A stretch of 64,000 nucleotides of DNA, taken from assembly GCA_024679065.1 (NCBI GenBank), contig JAGIQG010000001.1, positions 102,610,001 to 102,674,000 on the forward strand. The letters run 5' to 3'. This DNA comes from Sphyrna mokarran (taxonomy: Eukaryota). Position numbers and translations under genes: made by a program. Of this stretch, positions 37,383-49,850 are shown piece after piece. The notes under the pieces were generated by a model. That model was not told the DNA's origin, ran no database searches, and worked only from the letters and a program-made list of their open reading frames with translations. The stretch's first letter is position 1. The number at the start of each line of letters is the position of its first letter.

Positions 37383-39066
37383 TCTGTAAACCTTTAAGTA
37401 GAACAAAAACACTGTCAGAAATCCCTGTGTACAATCTTTGTTAGTCATCTGGCAGAATATTGTCACTTATCGCCAGTTACTTTCACTTGAACAATCAGTT
37501 TTAGAACAAAAAAAACTCATCATAATAAAGAAATTAGCAGACAAAAAGAGAATCCTTAGCATGGGTTCTGTATTTCTGTCTGAAGGAATGAAGGCAAAAA
37601 CAGAGAATGGATTATTGAAGTCTGTTCTCTTATATATGCAAAGAGCAGCATCAGTGGGGGCCTGACAGCAAGTGATCTTTCTAACACTAACCCAGGAACA
37701 AAATATGTGGAGTCAGGAGATAAAGTAATGTTAAGAAATTAAACTGAAACTACCCATTTCTAAAAATTCAACAGAACTCTAAAGATAATAAAAAAAAGGC
37801 CAATTTCAGGGGAGAGAATATCGTCTCTCAGTTCAGAAATTCCAGTCCTAAAATTTTAGCAATGTATAACATAAGGCTAGGAATTTACTCTGGGCTCATA
37901 CTCTGTTACAGCTTTAGGAGAAATATCTGCATGATTCTGTTAGTGATGAGAGATGACATCTCAGAACGCATAAAGAGAAGAAAAACAACAGCAGTGGGAA
38001 TTTTTTTTAATATGGCTGTAAATTAAGATAAGAAGCACGTATTGTCCAACTGCACAGGAACCACCAATCATGCAGCTGTGGCTAGACAGGGCTTACTGCA
38101 CGCAAATGCTTTTTGAATACTATTTCATTCAAGTGAATTGTGCTCCACACGCTTCGTTTCCTGGAAGGGAAATAAAAAGAAATTTCTCCATCAATTCACT
38201 GTGTGTTTGTGTGTGTGTGTGTACAGGCACGTTCGAGGGGGTGGGTGGGGGGAAGATGCATGAGGAGTATAAGGTAGGGTGTGTCTCTGCTTTCTAACTG
38301 AGCAGATTCAGAATATCATTAAAGTAGAAAAAATTGGCGTTCAGTACAAAAGCTCACTCAAAATGCAAAATGTTTTTCTATGACCCGATGGTTTGTTTCT
38401 TCCTTAAGCAAATCTGTTCCTTTAAAATAAATCATAAAACAGATGACCCCTTGAAAGATGAGTGTTATTGGGATATTTTGTATAATGTTTGATTATTAAA
38501 AAAGATTGACTTTGTTGAAGTAGTTCACTATTTGTGCCCGGGCCTAAATCTATGCTTATGACGGTATAATCTGGAGGTGTAACATTGCAGCAACAAATAT
38601 AAAAGGAAAGAATGAGACAGAAAGCATCCCGTCTTTGGCATCTTCTTTTCTGAAGGTTAATGAAGTGCCCTAGTTAGAGTAGCTGTCCTTGAATTTATGA
38701 GTTTATATTATCTCCCTTATATTGTGACTTGTTTAAACAGCCATATTTTGGAATGTGTGCACACATTTGGTAAATAAATCAGCATGTCTGTAAATACTCA
38801 GATAGGCATTTCTAGGATTAAAAAATACTTTCATACATTAATTAACATGATGTGGTCCTTCTGATGCTGCTGATACAATTAGAAGTTGCTATTTATCCCA
38901 ACAGCTGGATTGATGTTAAATGGTTAAGCTCTCATTGTCACATTACAGAACAAATCAAACTGGCACATAGGTGTAACAAAGGGGTTTCAATCTAACTGTG
39001 GTGTTGAAAGGGAGATGGACCGTAGTGGCAGTGGAATCGTCTGGTCCCATCAAAGTCTGTGGACGT

Positions 39067-39643
39067 TTATTTAAAGTTTATTTATTTATTAGTGTTATAA
39101 ATCAATTTATATTAACACTGCATTGAAGTTGCTGTTAAAATTCCCTCATTACCACTCTCTGGGTCAGGTACACTGAGGGAGATTTTAGCACGGCCAGTGT
39201 ACCTAGCCAGCACGTCTTTCAGACTGTGGGAGGAAACTGGAGCACCTGGAGGAAACCCACACAGACAAAAGGCCTGTGCAGATTTCACACAGACAGTTAA
39301 AGTTAATTTACTTGCCAGGATTTGGAGATGCTGGGATTGGACTGAAGTGGGCATAGAAAGAAGTCTCACAACACCAGGTTAAAGTCCAACAGCTTGTGAT
39401 TCCAAATAAACCTGTTGGACTTTAACCTGGTGTTGTGAGACTTCCTACATAATTCACATGAGTTACAAGTAGGCTTATATTAACACCACAGTGAAGTTAC
39501 TGTGGAAATTCTCTAGTCACCACACTCCAGCATTTCTGCGGAGGGAGAATTTAACATGGCCAATCCACTAACCAGTGAACCAAGCCAGGAATTGAACCCA
39601 CATCCTGAACTGTGAGACAGCAGTGCTAACCAGTGTGCCACTA
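39067..39643 (-). mobile_element. Two HE1/V-SINE-like copies (39067-39297 and 39460-39643) flanking a PLE hairpin
   Basis: Both show the reverse-complement tail ttaacac..gaagtt.ctgt; core in the first, head tgctaaccagtgtgcca in the second. Confidence 0.75.
39318..39448. mobile_element. Penelope terminal-repeat inversion, perfect 33-bp arms
   Basis: 39360-39392 is the exact reverse complement of 39412-39444; same family as 1-183. Confidence 0.88.
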
Positions 39644-39902
39644 TGGGCATGTGAACAGCTTGCTATATTTTCTGGCCTTGCCCCCCCAACCGCAATGGGC
39701 CTGTAAAATTCTGCCAGTTCTCAGAGGACAACTAATTAGGAACGTCTTGCCCATTTTGTGATGATATTTCAATTTGAAATATTACTCCTGTGCACAATGC
39801 CATATTAATAAAACCTTGGATACCATGTGCTTCATAAAATGCCAATGTCTAAAAATTGTGCTACTGTGAGCTTATCCTTTTTAGTCAATTATTTTCAGAA
39901 TT

Positions 39903-40866
39903 AACATAAGAACATAAAAAATAAGAGTAGGAGTAGGTCATCTAGCCCTTCGAGCCTGCCCCACCATTCAACAAGACCATGGCTGATCTGAAGTGTATCA
40001 GTTCCACTTTCCCGCTTTCTCCCCATAACTCTTAATTCCCTTGTCTATCAGAAATCTACCTGTGACATAAATATATTCAATGAGATAGCCTCCACCACTT
40101 CAATGGGTAGAGAATTACAGAGATTCAGCTCCCTTTGAGCGAAGAAGTTCTTCCTCAACTCTGATCTAAATTGCCCCCCACTTTATTTTGAGACTGTGCC
40201 CTCTAGTTCTGCTGTCCTTCCCAAGCAGGAAGAATCTCTCTACCTCTACCCTATCTAGCCGCTTCATTATCTTATTGTCTCTGTAAGATCTCCCCCTCAG
40301 CTTTCTAAACGCTAATGAATACAGACCCAGTCTTCATAAGCTAACCTCCTCTTTTCCGGTATCAGCTTAGTGAACCTTCTCTGTACTCTCTCCAAGGTTA
40401 ATATATCCTTTCGCAAATACTGGGATCAAAACTGCACACAGTACTCCAGTTGCAGCCTGTATAGTTGCAGCAAGACCTCCCTGCTTTTATATTCTATCCC
40501 CCTCACTATAAAGGCCAACATTCCATTCACCTTCTTGATCAGCTGCTGCACCTGCAGACTGGATTTTGCGATTCGTGCACAAGGACCCCCAGGTCTCTCT
40601 GCACTGTAGCATGCTGCAGCTTTTCACCCTTTAAATAATAATCCCTCCTACTATTATTTCTACCAAAGTGGATAACCTCACATTTGCTAACGTTATACTC
40701 TATCTCACTCAGCCTATCCAGATCCCTCTGCAGACTTTCCGCGTCCTTCACGCAATTCGCTTTTCCACTCACCTTGGTGTCATCAACAAATTTTGTTACC
40801 CTCCTCAGCCCCTCCTCCAGATCGTCTATGTAAATGGTAAACAGTTGAGGCCCCAGCACCGACCCC
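39903..40866 (-). mobile_element. CR1 LINE 3' part
   Basis: LGPQLFTIYIDDLEE..KFVDDTK..LQRDLDRL; (aacataag)n tail. Confidence 0.93.
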
Positions 40867-41933
40867 TGAATTCATTCAGTGTGTACACAGCCACAAATAA
40901 GCTGGTCTATCAGCCTCTCACCTGCGTCCTTGAATTTACAATTATTGGTTGCATTAATCAATCTTTTTATAAAATTGTCAACAAGATCACCTGATTCATG
41001 CCTCAGGCTTGGAATTCACGTTGGTAGATCTGATGATTTGACTTCGGCTGGAGATACGTGCTGAATTTTCAAAAACTTTGTTTGGGCTGCTACTATCATT
41101 TACACTCAGCCCCCTCTGACTATTAAACAAATTTAACCTTTACTACTCCCCCCACCCCCCACACAAAATGATATAGCAGAACCTTTCTTCTGTGCTAGTG
41201 TCTTTTAGAAAATTACTAAATGCCAGGCCTCACTTTTGTTTAAACTTCTCAAATGTTGATGCGACGTTATCAGCCTGCCAGTTTATCATGGGCTGTTGCT
41301 GTGCACGTATTGATGAGGTGGTCACCATTTCATTTTCCCATGATCCACTCCCTTTGCTCTTTCTTTCTGGCAATTAGGCTGATTCTTCAGTCTGATTCAG
41401 CATTAGGTTCATTTAAAATCTTTAGGCTTTCACTCACAACTGTTGCCAAAATGTTATGGCTTCTGATTCTCATAAATTAGAAGTAATCACACTTTAGACT
41501 CAAAATGTTGGAGCTTCATTGAGTATGTTTCTTTCAACTATTCTTGTGGTTGCTGGATTAAAGCACTGATGATTAGTGCTTGGCATGTGATTACAATGCA
41601 GCAGTAAAATATTGCACTCTGGAGTACACAATTGTATCTTCACTGGAACAGTTTTTCTGGGATACAACTAGTGCTGGAGCACAAGGCTACAGGAATGTTG
41701 TCAGGACCCAAAACCTTTGGAACATCCAATTCCTACAGCTGTTTTTTGATATCTGATAGAATTAACCAAATTGGTTGAAGACAAGGCCAATTAGCATATT
41801 TAAAGTAACAGTTAGATATGCACAGCCCATTTAAGTCCAAGCACATGAATTTCTCTGGCCTCTGAATGCAAGGCAAGAATCATTACTATTCTCCACTAGA
41901 GGAGACCAGTTGTGATGGTCATACCAACAGGCT

Positions 41934-42007
41934 CTATTGGCAGCCACCATGCCTTCAATTTTTTTTAAACTTTATCCTAATCCAATTGAGTCAAATTAAA
42001 CCCAATT
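41934..42007 (-). mobile_element. 3' fragment of the U2-headed element
   Basis: 68 of 74 nt identical to 43442-43515, including the T8 tract. Confidence 0.85.
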
Positions 42008-42769
42008 CAATGGCTTCTAAGGGGAGACCCATCAGGAGGTCCCTAAAACCTGATACAGATGACCCACACACATGGTGGTACATGCTGCCAATGAGAGGGG
42101 AGAGTTCCTAATGTCCATGGGGGTGGAGGAGTTTTCCCAGTGCACTTTGAGATCAGGAGGCCCATGTGAAATAGTGTCTGAGTGCTCTGAAATTGGACTC
42201 ATTTCTGTGTTTAGAGCGGGCTCCCCACCTCTACTACTGGTGCAAAACTCCCAACTCCCCAAAATAGTGACTGAGTGTGGGAAGATTGCAATGCAGAGTG
42301 TGCCTGAGAGACCGGCACAAATCACTGTGTGATTCTTGTCGTTATGACATTTAGTAATTTTTGTGGTGGAAATGCCACCCCATACCTTTCTCAGTCAACT
42401 CTTCTCTTCAGGTGGCCCAAAGTCAGTTAGGAAAACAGTCAAGGCCAGGCAGCCACTATATTGTTGAATATGGCTTTAACAGTTGAAATAACATCTCATG
42501 CGATAACCTTTAAATTAAAACTTCTATTATTCAATATGAAATCTTTGAAGTCCTAGCAAGCAGCCGTTTCGATTCTTTCTCTCACTAGAATAACAACCAG
42601 AGGAAAACCAAATTAGATACAGTCGCCACTTGGTCAGAACAGGGAAGAAATGTTATTTATAACACACAATATATTGTTTATCCAGGAAATGTTTTGGATT
42701 CTATTTCCTCTTTTACCATTGACTGCTTGCATCCCCAGTGTCATATTTAACTTCAAAATTAACTTATTT

Positions 42770-43030
42770 ATTAATTGAAAGGATGTGGATTTTGCTGGCT
42801 CGGCTAGCATTCATTGCCCATCCTGAATTTCTCTTGAGAAGGTTGTAACTGAATAGCTTGCTGGACCATTTCAAAGGCATTTAAGAGTCAGTCATGTTGA
42901 TGTGAATGTGGAGTCACATGTAGGCTGGACCAGGTTAGGATGATAAGGCTACTGGTGAATGAGGTGGGCTTTTGTGGCAATTAGCAATGGTTTCGTGGTC
43001 ATCATTAGACCCTTATTCCATATTTTTTGA
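42770..43030 (-). mobile_element. tRNA-SINE fragment (36024 family)
   Basis: gctagcattcattgcccatcc, ggagtcacatgtagg. Confidence 0.7.
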
Positions 43031-43465
43031 CCATACATTTGCACTCTCATTAAAACAATATCCTTTCACTTACTGAACATCACCTGACTCCATCCCTGCC
43101 TGAAATTATCTGTTGCTGAAACCCTCATCCCTGTCTTTATTAGCTCCAGATTTCATTTTTCCAGCACGTTTCTGGTCAACCTCAAACATTCTAATGCCCA
43201 TTAATTTGTTCCAAACTCTACATGGCCTAACTTACACTAAGTTCTGTTTACCTGTCAACTGTGTCCTCACTGAATTTTATTGGGTCCCCGTAAAACATGC
43301 TTCAATGGCAAACTTCTCATCCTCGTCTTCAAATTTCTCTGTGGCCTCTTCCATCCTACCTCACTAATCTCAAATTACACTAACCTCCAAGATACTATGC
43401 TTCACTAATTCTCCTGAGGATCTCTGATTTTAATTGACCCACTATTGGCAGCCACCGTGCCTTCA

Positions 43466-43782
43466 ATTTTTTTTAAACTTTATTTCAATCCAATCAAGTC
43501 AAATTAAACCCAATTTAGAGTCCCAACAAGTTGGACATTCCCGATCCAAGCTGACAAGACAGGGCTCTCACCTCCTGTCTGGGGCTTGATCTACATCATC
43601 CAAGCTGATTGGAGTAGGTGTAGCTCCTTCCCCAAGGCTTAATCTTATTTGCACCTTAGCCAAAAGGCCAAGATGTCGCTTTAAAAAATTGCTTCAAATG
43701 ATGCTGAAATGTAACCTAATGACTTCAATCAAGTGCAACATGTTGACACTACACTTAATCTTAGCCAAAAGGCCGAGCAGCG
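43466..43782 (-). mobile_element. U2 snRNA-headed SINE-like retroelement
   Basis: Minus strand starts with U2 nt 3-37 (33/35), has a second U2 fragment (nt 7-25, 18/19) at 43655-43673, ends aataaagtttAAAAAAAA; flanked by cgtgccttca at 43456-43465 and 43781-43790. Confidence 0.8.
43748..43782 (-). pseudogene. RNU2: U2 snRNA 5' fragment (nt 3-37)
   Basis: cgctgctcggccttttggctaagattaagtgtagt versus U2 CGCTTCTCGGCCTTTTGGCTAAGATCAAGTGTAGT. Confidence 0.9.
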
Positions 43783-44379
43783 TGCCTTCAGTTACCAAAG
43801 CCCTAAGCTCGGAAATTCCCACCTCTAAAACTTCTTTGCCTCTCTAGCTTTCCTTTCTTCTTTAAGACTCTCCTTAAAGATGTTGTGATCTCTTTGACCA
43901 AGCTTTTGTTCATCCATGTTGACACCTCTTTATTTGGTGAAGTATAAAGATTGGCTTTATATTGCACTTGTGAAGTATATTAAACATGTTATAGAAATAT
44001 AAGTTGTTGTTTATTGATTTGATTGTTAATGAAGCTAATTCTATAGGAGGATGTTGACAATGATTGACGTGGACAAGTATCAGATAATGATGAGCATTGT
44101 GCTCTTTTTCTTCAGTTCTCTGTCCAAAGGGAGATCCAACCCAGGGCACCACGATCACCATTGGTAGGGCAAGAAGGCCAATTCATTGCCAACAAACACT
44201 CTTGGCTTCTTGGACAGTGGTAACTTCAAATTTTATTATTCAATATTCAATAAATTTCAATATCAATTAAACTTTGCCACATTTGTTCTTTTGGCCTCTA
44301 TTCCATTGAAAGTCTTTTATCTCTGCAGAATCTGCCTCAACCTTCTTTGCCACTTGTCCCCTTCTCAGCATTATACAGT

Positions 44380-44522
44380 ATATAGCATGAATAGGATTTG
44401 AATAGAGGGATATGTTCTCTGGAAGGATAAGGGGTTTTAGTTAAGTCGGGCAGCATGATCGGTGCATGGGCTTGGAGAGCCAAGGGGCCTGTTTCTGTGC
44501 TGTAATTTTCTTTGTTCTTTTG
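44380..44522 (+). mobile_element. CR1 3' tail
   Basis: gagccaaggggcctgtttctgtgctgtaa..tttgttcttt. Confidence 0.75.
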
Positions 44523-45369
44523 TAAAGCAGTATGCAGCACTCATCATCAGTTTGACTATTCTGTTGCCTATACAGTATGACACCTGGGTTTATCAAGGTT
44601 TTTGATTTAACATGCCTATAGTATACTCTACTGATGCCCTTATGAAAACATATACTTGTTATATTGTATATGAGCTGAAATTTATGAGTTTTGGATTTAT
44701 GCCAAAATCCATGGCTCAACAGAAAATCCTGATCCCTCATGGTGGTATCTTCAGTTCTCTTCCCAAAGGCAGATCCAATCCAGAGCAACATGATTGCCAT
44801 CACAGGTAGGGTAAGAAAGCAGGTTCTGAATTCATCCCAGGCAGAATGGAGATCGAACCCTACACTGCTGGCACCAATCTAATCCACACTAGCCATCCAG
44901 CCAACTGGCTGCCCAAAAGAGGCAATTTGCTGTGGCAACATATGATTTTACATGCATGTTGTAGTCTGCAGCTATGAATTGTGATGGTGGAGGGTCCAAT
45001 TTCTTTCCACCCCACAGGTGACCTAGAACCTCTCCTGCTCTTATCACATAGCATTGGTGTATGTTGGAAGGTTGGGGATTGATACCCAACATGTTTGGCT
45101 GATTTATGATCCCATCTTTCTTGGTGATCAAATCCTGTAACCCACTGACCCACCGACTCAAGGATAGGGTTGCTGCACATTTCACTACTAGAGTGCCTCC
45201 ACAATGTCTACGTGCTTGGTTTAGATATTCTCTGAAATAATGTCTATGTAACATGGAGTAATGACTTTTCAGAGCATTGTATAGTTGTTGTAATGCAGAA
45301 AGAAGCAATTTTAGCCATTGGCTGCATTGGCTCTCCAAGTGTGCATTTTGAATTAGTGCCACTTCAGTC

Positions 45370-45735
45370 CCTTTTTCCTGGACGCCGACATGTTGTTTTG
45401 ATTCAAATATAATCTAGTGCCCTCTTGAATGCCTCATTTGAACCTGCCTCCACCACACTTCCAGGCAAAGCATTCCAGACCCAAACAACTATTTGTGTAA
45501 AAGTGTTTCACATCACTTTAAAATTCTTTTCATTGTCATAAATACTATAGAAGTGGTGTGGAAGAGAACCAGAAGGCTGAAGCAGATAAATTCTTGATCA
45601 ACAGGGGAGTCAAAGGACATGAGGAGGAGGTAGGAAAGCAGTGTTGAGGCCACAGTCAGATCAGTCATGATCTTATTGAATGGCAGTGCAGACCCGAGCG
45701 ACAAAATGGCCTATTTTTACTCCTAATTTGTTTGC
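45370..45735. mobile_element. Two short CR1 3' fragments in opposite orientation
   Basis: gcctccaccacacttccaggcaaagcattccag (minus) and gatcagtcatgatcttattgaatggc..aatggcctatttttactcct (plus). Confidence 0.65.
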
Positions 45736-47964
45736 TTGTAAGAAACTTGTATTGTCACATGAATCACCATAAATGATGATCTGAACTCTTGAGAACCCAG
45801 TCATATATATAAACAGATGTAAAGTTGACTTCTTGTCAAGAAAATTATGTGGCATTTTCCCTGGCAACAAAGCATCAGTGTTACGATGTCTACAGTATCA
45901 GATTTCAAACTGGCTCATTTGGAAGATGTCACCTCAGGTCATTTCACAAGAACGAGTTGCATAGTAGTTCAGGGCAGTAGTGTCACCATCATAGGCAAAG
46001 CTGTCCCCTTTCTGGACAAGGCTTGCAGATAGGATTGCAAGGGATGGCATACTTCTATGACTACCTTTCTAGTGAAACATAATGAGTGAAGACAAAACTC
46101 TTTGGCGTATCCAACTAACAGTGGTGACTGACTTCTTTTGCTGCCCCGGGTGCAGTGGTGGATGTTTTCATGTACTCTTGTCGAGCTGCTTCCAATCACT
46201 TTCTTCTGGAGGTCAAGGGCATTTTACATTGGCATACTTGCCTTTGCAGTTCAGGATGCTTTAATAGATTTGAACTTCCTATAAGGTTGACAAATTAAAA
46301 ACCAAGTAAAATAAATCAATTAAAAATAAATAAAAGCCAAAAAAATCTCAACGAAGCATTTAACCAAATTAAATGGAACATGAAGGAAAACTCTTGCACC
46401 TACTCATATACTTTTGAAAAATTTACTCTCAAAGACCTGAGAATGAGTCGGCAAATTTGCCTGTTTATACAGTTCACTGGCAATGTTAACTCATTTCTGG
46501 GCCAAACCATGAGAGGTAAGGGCAAACATCATGCACCTCACTTTGCGAATTAAGAGACTCTTTTCAGCTAGAGGTATGAGTTTCCAACAATCCCAGAACA
46601 AGTTCCACTTGAAGAATTTTAGAACACCTTCCACTTCACACACATGCATGATTGCTACATGCTGTTGAAAAATTAACTCCCAGATTTCTATGCAACTTTT
46701 AACTCTGTGATAGTAATCTCTTGCACATAACTCTGGTTTGGAATTGAACAAAATGTTTGCATAGTGTTATATGGATGCACGTATTGCTGGGTAAATTTTT
46801 CCCATGGGTATTAATGGTAGAATTCTGTGTGTCGGGAGAGCATATAAGAAACCTAAGTGCAAACTGTCCATGTGATTCCACGCATTTAGCTCATTTCTTC
46901 ACTTATAGCATAACTAAGCAAAATACAGCTGTATTGCTGCTCCTTAAACAACATAGGGTAAACAATATTTTCAGTGCTTTAGAGCAGAAGCTTTCGTGTT
47001 CTTTCTAATATTCTTTCTACAGTGGAATATTTCAGAGGGTGTGCCCCAATTTCTGAAATGTACTTCAGTGTCTGAAGCTCTGCAATGGGAATGTTGAAGA
47101 TATATATTTATCCTAATGCCTTGATGACTGCCCCTCACTCCTCTATCACCCCAAACCCCTTTCCCACAGGATTACCTTACTGTGAATGACTAATTTCAAT
47201 CAACTAACCTTTTGTTTGGTAGTTTTGTCAATCTCCTGCTAAAATTATGTAGCAGCTTGGGAGAACCCTACAGAAATTCAGGGCCACCTAATACTCAGAC
47301 TCCAAACTACTTTTTTCCACTGTAGTTTTAAAGCTCTGATCCAGTAGGAAAACATTGGCAACATTTAATAACTTCCATAATTTTATGATCAGTATATTTT
47401 CCATGTCCTTCAAAGTCCAAGTTCAGTGGACTGTTTAACAGCTGTGAATTGTCATTACTATTTCTAGTATCATCAACAGATTGCACCTGCCCATCTGAGA
47501 ATGCTGCATCAGAGTTTGAACTTCAGGGATATTACATAGAATATCAAAAGTGTTGCATGTGCCTTGGAAAAAGCCTTTATTTCCTTTTTGTACCATGTCT
47601 CCTTTAATCCCAACTGTAGCATTTTCTGAAAAGGGTACTAGCGTACTTTCAGCAGTTAGTTCAGTTCTAAGAAATTCCCATTTGACCTGAGATTGCCAAG
47701 GGGATGAAAACTAAAAATCAAAGAGTAAATAAAAAGCTAATTGCAGTGGTGCCAGGTTCCAGCCTGTCTTATGACAGCCAGTTCAGAAAGAGAAATTGTC
47801 CAAGTGAATGTTAGCAAAGTTCCCTTTGAATGGATCAGTGTTCTGTTTGAAATAAGAAGAGGATACAACTGGTTTCAGAGCCCATGTTTCCAAAGAGATC
47901 CTGGTGTTTAAGTGAGGCTCTGGAATTAGAACAGGGACTGTGTTATTGTGCATGTTATACAGTT

Positions 47965-48275
47965 GGGATACAGTTGCTTGACATTGACACGACCACCTGG
48001 GAAACACTGGCACTTGGCATTGCTTCATCCACAAGGGCTGTCAAGCTCACGAAGCAAGGTGCAATGCTGAAGCACAACTTAAGCACGAGCTGCACAAGTC
48101 CGGAGCCACCAGCACAATAACCACTGTGTCTACTCAAGCCTGCCCAATATGTGCTAGGATACTCTGTGTCTGAATTGGCCTGATCAGTCATCTTTGGACA
48201 CACCGCAAACAGCCTTAAAATAACTAATGGTGTTGAGGTCTTCATCAACGATAATGGATGAACAACAACAATAAT
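47965..48275 (+). mobile_element. RTE-clade LINE 3' end
   Basis: DIDTTTWETLA and C-terminal zinc-finger relic CPICAR..IGLISHLWTH; (aac)n tail. Confidence 0.8.
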
Positions 48276-49449
48276 AGAAATTGGGAAGGCCAGAGAGCTA
48301 AATACAGGGACAGTAGGGGATTGTAAATTAGTCAAGACCTCTGCTGCTGTTTCAGTTTTTTTCCAGAACCGACCTGATTATCTAAAAGAGTTTAATTAAT
48401 CAGGTTGGGGAGTGTTTGTCATTCTGTGCTAGCCAGTGCTTATCACGACTCATAAGAGAGAGTTTATAGACATGCATCTTGTCAATGGGGCATTATCTGG
48501 AAATCTTGGATAGAATATGACTGCTGGCAAAAGTGATTTGAGGGCCAAATCCTTTGGATAGAAGTGAATGATCCTGTGTGCTGGAGACTAAATTGGTAAA
48601 TCCGTGGGATTGTATGTGATGTTGTATTGGTGTGAAAGTGGTATGAATGTTTGTAGCTACTTTACGTGTATCTTTGTTTGATCAGCTACTTACATCTTTA
48701 TCTGAAATACCCTTAACCCATTAATTAATGCTTGATTTGTATTAATTTTAGTTGGTTTGTGGCAGTAAAATTTTTAAAAAGTGAGATCTAGTCTGACAGT
48801 TTTCATTTCACAGATAGGGATAACCTTTTTAAATTTATTGCTCCCTTTGAGGATCATAACATAGGTACTCTTGAAATATATGTCATGGACGAATGGGCAT
48901 CAACAAGAAACTTGAAATGTATTAAATTGGAGCACATGCCAAACCAATGTGAAACACTCCAGACTGTAGAAGGAAATAAATAGAACATCGCCTGTAAATA
49001 ATTCTCAAGGTTAATAGTCCTTAACTGGCTTTTGACTTCTGGAGCAAATGCAGCACAAACTCAAGAACTGACTTGGTACCATGGTGTTTTTCAACCTGAA
49101 TAAACAAACCGGGAGCAAGGTGATAAGAAAAATGTGCTTGATTGTGTCTAGTGTTTAGGAACCCAGCCAGAAGTCCTGCTATGATTACAGTGGAAAATTC
49201 CTTTTTACAAATGAGGTTACTGAGAGGCACAAAGTAATTCGCTGGTGGAAGCACTTGTTCCTTTTCTTACTGACCTTTCCCTGATTCCTGTTCTCATTGT
49301 CACTGCTACTGTTACTCCTTTCCCAGTTCTCTTATCCTTAACCTACTTTGTTTCACATAATCATTTACTAGGAGTGATTTCCACCAGAGTTTAAATTATA
49401 GCTTTATCTAATGTTCATTTAAGGCAAGTAAAAAGACATATTCAAAAGA

Positions 49450-49850
49450 ATGATAGCTCTCTCGCCATTCAGGCATGAGGTCATTGGTTCAAACCCCACT
49501 CCAGAGACTTGATAATGTAATCTAACCTGCCATTTCACTGCACTACTGAGGGAGTGCTGCACAGCCCAGAGGTGTCATCTTTTGGATGAGATGTTAAAAT
49601 GAAACCCTGATTTCAAATTAATATGTGTCCCTAATTTGGCACTATTCAAAAAAGAGTAAGGGAGTTTGTTCTGAACAATATTTATCCCCCAACTAACAGG
49701 ACTGAAACAGAAGATGTGAACATTTATTTCATTCTATTTGTGTGACTTCCCCGAGTACAGATTAGCAGCCACATTTTCCACTTTACAAAAGTGACTACAT
49801 TTCAAAAGTCCTTCATTATTTGTAAATCCAAAGCAAGTGATCCCGAGGCC
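49450..49850 (+). mobile_element. Deu-domain SINE (SacSINE1/AmnSINE1-like)
   Basis: ggttcaaaccccactccagagact..tactgagggagtgctgcac..ggtgtcatcttttggatgagatgttaaa..ggcactatt..caatatttatccc. Confidence 0.75.

Larger units (their letters stand above)
43040..44010 (+). mobile_element. L2 LINE 3' fragment, interrupted at 43466-43782
   Basis: gctgaaaccctcatcc, tgccttcag..ccctaagctc.gaaattccc, tctttgaccaagctttt and aaatataagttgttgtt tail. Confidence 0.75.

Noticed and set aside
48322-48861. Possible solo LTR (tgt...ataaca)
   Set aside because: No TSD and no second copy in the window to support the boundaries
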